Source: Welwitschia mirabilis
Taxonomy: Eukaryota
Assembly (NCBI GenBank): GCA_051453625.1
Contig: JBOZIK010000001.1
Span: 6,546,373 to 6,572,601 of the forward strand
Direction: 5' to 3'
Length of the DNA: 26,229 nucleotides
The notes below the pieces were generated by a model, which made no database searches, had not been told where the DNA came from, and was given only the letters and a program-made list of their open reading frames with translations. This document shows positions 22,860 through 26,229 of the stretch, in pieces. Positions within the stretch are counted from its first letter, which is position 1. Every line of letters begins with the position of its first letter. The position numbers were made by a program, and so were the translations under genes.

Positions 22860-24551
22860 ATGATCAACTTAGAGAATAAATACCTGAGAGAAAAGCAGCT
22901 AATAAAAAAAAACATCAAAGAAGGACTGGTGGAAATAGAAAATGAATCAGAAGAGTGATCTTCAGGTGCACTTAAACCTCCTTATGAGTTTATTTTTTCT
23001 GAGTCAGATTTTATTGACAAAAAATCTATAAAAGAGGAGAATCAATTTACAATATCAAGTGCCTCTTGTAAATAAAAACAAGTCATAGGATCTTATACCC
23101 CTAATGCAAACCTTACCTTGAGGGAATTTTTATCCCATAAGAAAAGAGAAATTCAAACACCTTTTGACCTACCCCTCAGTGATGATGTCGAGCTTAAAAA
23201 TTTACATGCCTATCAAAATTTTAGTGGAGAAGATGATGAGTACCCCCTTCAACACATTATAGATATTAAACACCTTATCCTTACCTTAGGAAATGGGAAG
23301 AAAAAAATAATGAATAGAACCTATATGATAATATTTCCCATGACATTAAAGGATAGGGCAAAATTTTGGCTAAAAAATATACCCCACAGAAGCTTAAAAA
23401 CATGGGATCAAGTCCAGAAAACCTTTGTAAAAAGATTCATGATGAAGAAATTATAAGAAAAAGAAAAAAAGAGAACAAACTTATAACAAAAACCAAATGA
23501 AAATTATGCCTCTACTTATGAACATTTTTCTATAGTAGTCCACTCTAATCTAGTAGATGCCTTTTTAAGAGTAGAACTAGTCCATTTTTATAGTGGATTG
23601 ACTCCCCATACAAAAAAACTTGTAGATTTCTTTTATGGTGGAAACCTTGTGAATCTTACTTTAGAAGATGCCTAGACAAAATTAGAAGAACTTGTAAAGG
23701 TTAGTAAAACTTACTCAATACCTAAAGAAAATCAAACGGTAGGCCAACTTATCAAGGACTTAAAATAAGTAAAGCAACAAAAAGAGGTAGAAGATAACCC
23801 TACAAATTCTATAAGAGACTTTACAACAACCCTAGAGAAGTATGTGGAAATGATCTTAGATGCTAAAACCACAACTAAAAGAAATTTTATGCCACATTGT
23901 AATTTATGTGATGACAACTATCATGTTACCAAAAATTGTCCTCTTTTACCAACTTACAAAGAAATAATTCATGAAAGTTTATGCTTTTAATCAGCCATCT
24001 CAAAACTTCCGAAACCAAAATCAGACACAATCAAGGTTAAACACTCATTTCCAAAATAATCCTCAAACTTTTAGAAACTGATATGATAATGCAAATTACT
24101 CATCTAGTTCATCAAACTTTCAAATCCAAATGATCCAATCACAAATCTTGTGGATGAAATAAGAAAATAAAACACTAACTTTAAAAAACGAATGCCAACT
24201 TTGAAAGATAAAATACCAACTTTGAGAGACAAAATGTCAACATGGAAGACTTAGTAAGCTTCCTTTAACAAACAATATTGGCAAACCAAAGACCTCAAAG
24301 AACTTTACCTACATAGACTTTATCAAATCCAAATGAACTAAGAAGAAATTATAAGGTTATGATAAGAAGTAAACAAGAAATAAATCATCCTCCTTGTGAA
24401 CCTTTCACCTCCCAAAACAATGAAGAAGAATAGGAAGAGGATATTAAAATATTAGAAGATTATAACTTTCCTTGTCTTGACAAAAAGAAAAAGAAAAATC
24501 TTTCCCAAAAAACCACTCCTTGGATGGATAGGCTTAACAACAATTCAACTT
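22860..24551 (+). pseudogene. Athila gag pseudogene (Retrotrans_gag-like domain plus CCHC knuckle); start approximate
   Basis: Track ORF 23118..23456 reads FSGEDDEYPLQHI...IFPMTLKDRAKFWLKNIP..SLKTWDQVQKTFVKRF. It is followed by FYSGL...GGNL and an intact CNLCDDNYHVTKNC knuckle at 23898..23939. Stops and frameshifts present. Confidence 0.88.
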
Positions 24552-25399
24552 NNNNNNNNNNNNNNNNNNNNNNNNNNNNNNNNNNNNNNNNNNNNNNNNN
24601 NNNNNNNNNNNNNNNNNNNNNNNNNNNNNNNNNNNNNNNNNNNNNNNNNNNNNNNNNNNNNNNNNNNNNNNNNNNNNNNNNNNNNNNNNNNNNNNNNNNN
24701 NNNNNNNNNNNNNNNNNNNNNNNNNNNNNNNNNNNNNNNNNNNNNNNNNNNNNNNNNNNNNNNNNNNNNNNNNNNNNNNNNNNNNNNNNNNNNNNNNNNN
24801 NNNNNNNNNNNNNNNNNNNNNNNNNNNNNNNNNNNNNNNNNNNNNNNNNNNNNNNNNNNNNNNNNNNNNNNNNNNNNNNNNNNNNNNNNNNNNNNNNNNN
24901 NNNNNNNNNNNNNNNNNNNNNNNNNNNNNNNNNNNNNNNNNNNNNNNNNNNNNNNNNNNNNNNNNNNNNNNNNNNNNNNNNNNNNNNNNNNNNNNNNNNN
25001 NNNNNNNNNNNNNNNNNNNNNNNNNNNNNNNNNNNNNNNNNNNNNNNNNNNNNNNNNNNNNNNNNNNNNNNNNNNNNNNNNNNNNNNNNNNNNNNNNNNN
25101 NNNNNNNNNNNNNNNNNNNNNNNNNNNNNNNNNNNNNNNNNNNNNNNNNNNNNNNNNNNNNNNNNNNNNNNNNNNNNNNNNNNNNNNNNNNNNNNNNNNN
25201 NNNNNNNNNNNNNNNNNNNNNNNNNNNNNNNNNNNNNNNNNNNNNNNNNNNNNNNNNNNNNNNNNNNNNNNNNNNNNNNNNNNNNNNNNNNNNNNNNNNN
25301 NNNNNNNNNNNNNNNNNNNNNNNNNNNNNNNNNNNNNNNNNNNNNNNNNNNNNNNNNNNNNNNNNNNNNNNNNNNNNNNNNNNNNNNNNNNNNNNNNNN
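24552..25399. other. Assembly gap (848 N)
   Basis: Run of N characters. Confidence 1.
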
Positions 25400-25715
25400 A
25401 GAGAAAAATAAAAAGATTAGAAAAGCCTTGATTCACATTAGAGTGAGTGTTAATATTATTTCACTTCACATTTGTAAGAGACTTGGTTTGGAGGATAGAA
25501 CAGAGCCTATTCTGGTTATCTTAGAATTAGTAGATACGTCAGTTAATAAATTGTTAGGCATTATTAAAGATTTGGAAATACAAATAGAAGAGGCTTGCTA
25601 TGCCATAGATGTGATTGTCATAAAAGTAGAGCATAATGGAGGATACCCTTTACTTCTAGGTAGAGCCTTTTGTGCAACAGCCCACTGCATCATTGATAAA
25701 AAAAAGCAGGGATAA
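25400..25715 (+). pseudogene. Athila-type aspartic protease, inactive
   Basis: KALIHIRVSVNII...LGL...LELVDTS...GIIKDL...PLLLGRAFCATAHCIID resembles ALLDLGASVN...LQLADRS...PLILGRPFLATA. The catalytic Asp is replaced by His. Confidence 0.88.
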
Positions 25716-26229
25716 TGAAATGTCATTATGGAAATACAACATTTACCATTAGAGCCTTTGATGCAGTTGAGAAAGATTTGGGTGATGATGATTTGAACAT
25801 TGAAGATAGTATCAAACCAACTTTATTCTTACAACATCACCCGCTTAAAGAAAGAGAGATAAAATCAAATCAACATATGCTTTGTGATGATTAACTTAAG
25901 AATGAAGAAGAATTAAACCTTTTGAGTGTAAGGAAGTCCAACTTTTCAAGAAAAATTATGAGGGAGATTGTTTATTTCATAAGCTAAAAATTGAAAATCA
26001 TAAATTGAATTTGAAAAATAAAAATGTTTTCAATAAACTTGAAGGTAAAACTCTTGCATTTCATGAAAATATTTCACCAGATTTACCATTTCTCTTCCCT
26101 TTAACTTTCAAAATTTATGCTTTAATGTGGTATCATAAAGTACTCTCCATTACTCCTCTCTTCATCCAATTTATTTTACATGAAAATAATTGCACATCTC
26201 TTATGTTTTATCAATTGGTGAATTTTTGG

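Larger units (their letters stand above)
21281..26229 (+). mobile_element. Athila-like gypsy element B (5' LTR, PBS, leader, gag, protease); continues beyond the window
   Basis: LTR TGATAA...cgcaaCA, tRNA-Asp-type PBS, and Athila-type gag and protease motifs. Candidate left TSD gcaaa (21276..21280). Confidence 0.88.

Noticed and set aside
24477..25715. Long 295-412 aa ORFs in the track
   Set aside because: Artefacts of the 848-N gap. Only the protease segment after 25400 is recognisable.
26128..26136. tggtatcat, similar to a tRNA-Met PBS
   Set aside because: Only an 8-bp match, with no adjacent LTR-ending CA, and inside an open frame.

Overview
AT-rich, strongly CpG-depleted plant genomic DNA consisting entirely of old, nested LTR retrotransposons; I find no host gene, RNA gene or prokaryotic system. 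Five elements from four lineages can be reconstructed. (1) A Ty1/copia Sirevirus (SIRE)-type element on the minus strand (<1..9862) has both LTRs, a tRNA-Met PBS, two PPT motifs, a decayed gag-pol and a decayed extra 'env-like' ORF. (2) It is inserted into the integrase core of a Ty3/gypsy Tat-like element (+, 9863..12544), which appears to carry an antisense extra ORF. (3) That element is interrupted by the 3' end of a minus-strand Athila-like element (12545..21280: 3' LTR, PPT, env-like ORF). (4) The Athila 3' LTR is split by a structurally complete CRM-like chromovirus (+, 12758..18748; TSD aagaa/gagaa). (5) The Athila internal region is interrupted by a second, plus-strand Athila-like element (21281..>26229: 5' LTR, tRNA-Asp PBS, gag, 848-N gap, protease). 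All coding regions are pseudogenised, mostly by C>T/G>A changes. I cannot support a wholly new biological system. The best leads are an apparently homologous accessory ORF in both the copia and Athila elements, an inverted copy of the LTR palindrome array just upstream of the copia accessory ORF, and a non-RT open frame after the protease of the last element. Lineage and domain calls come from motif recognition by eye, not database searches.
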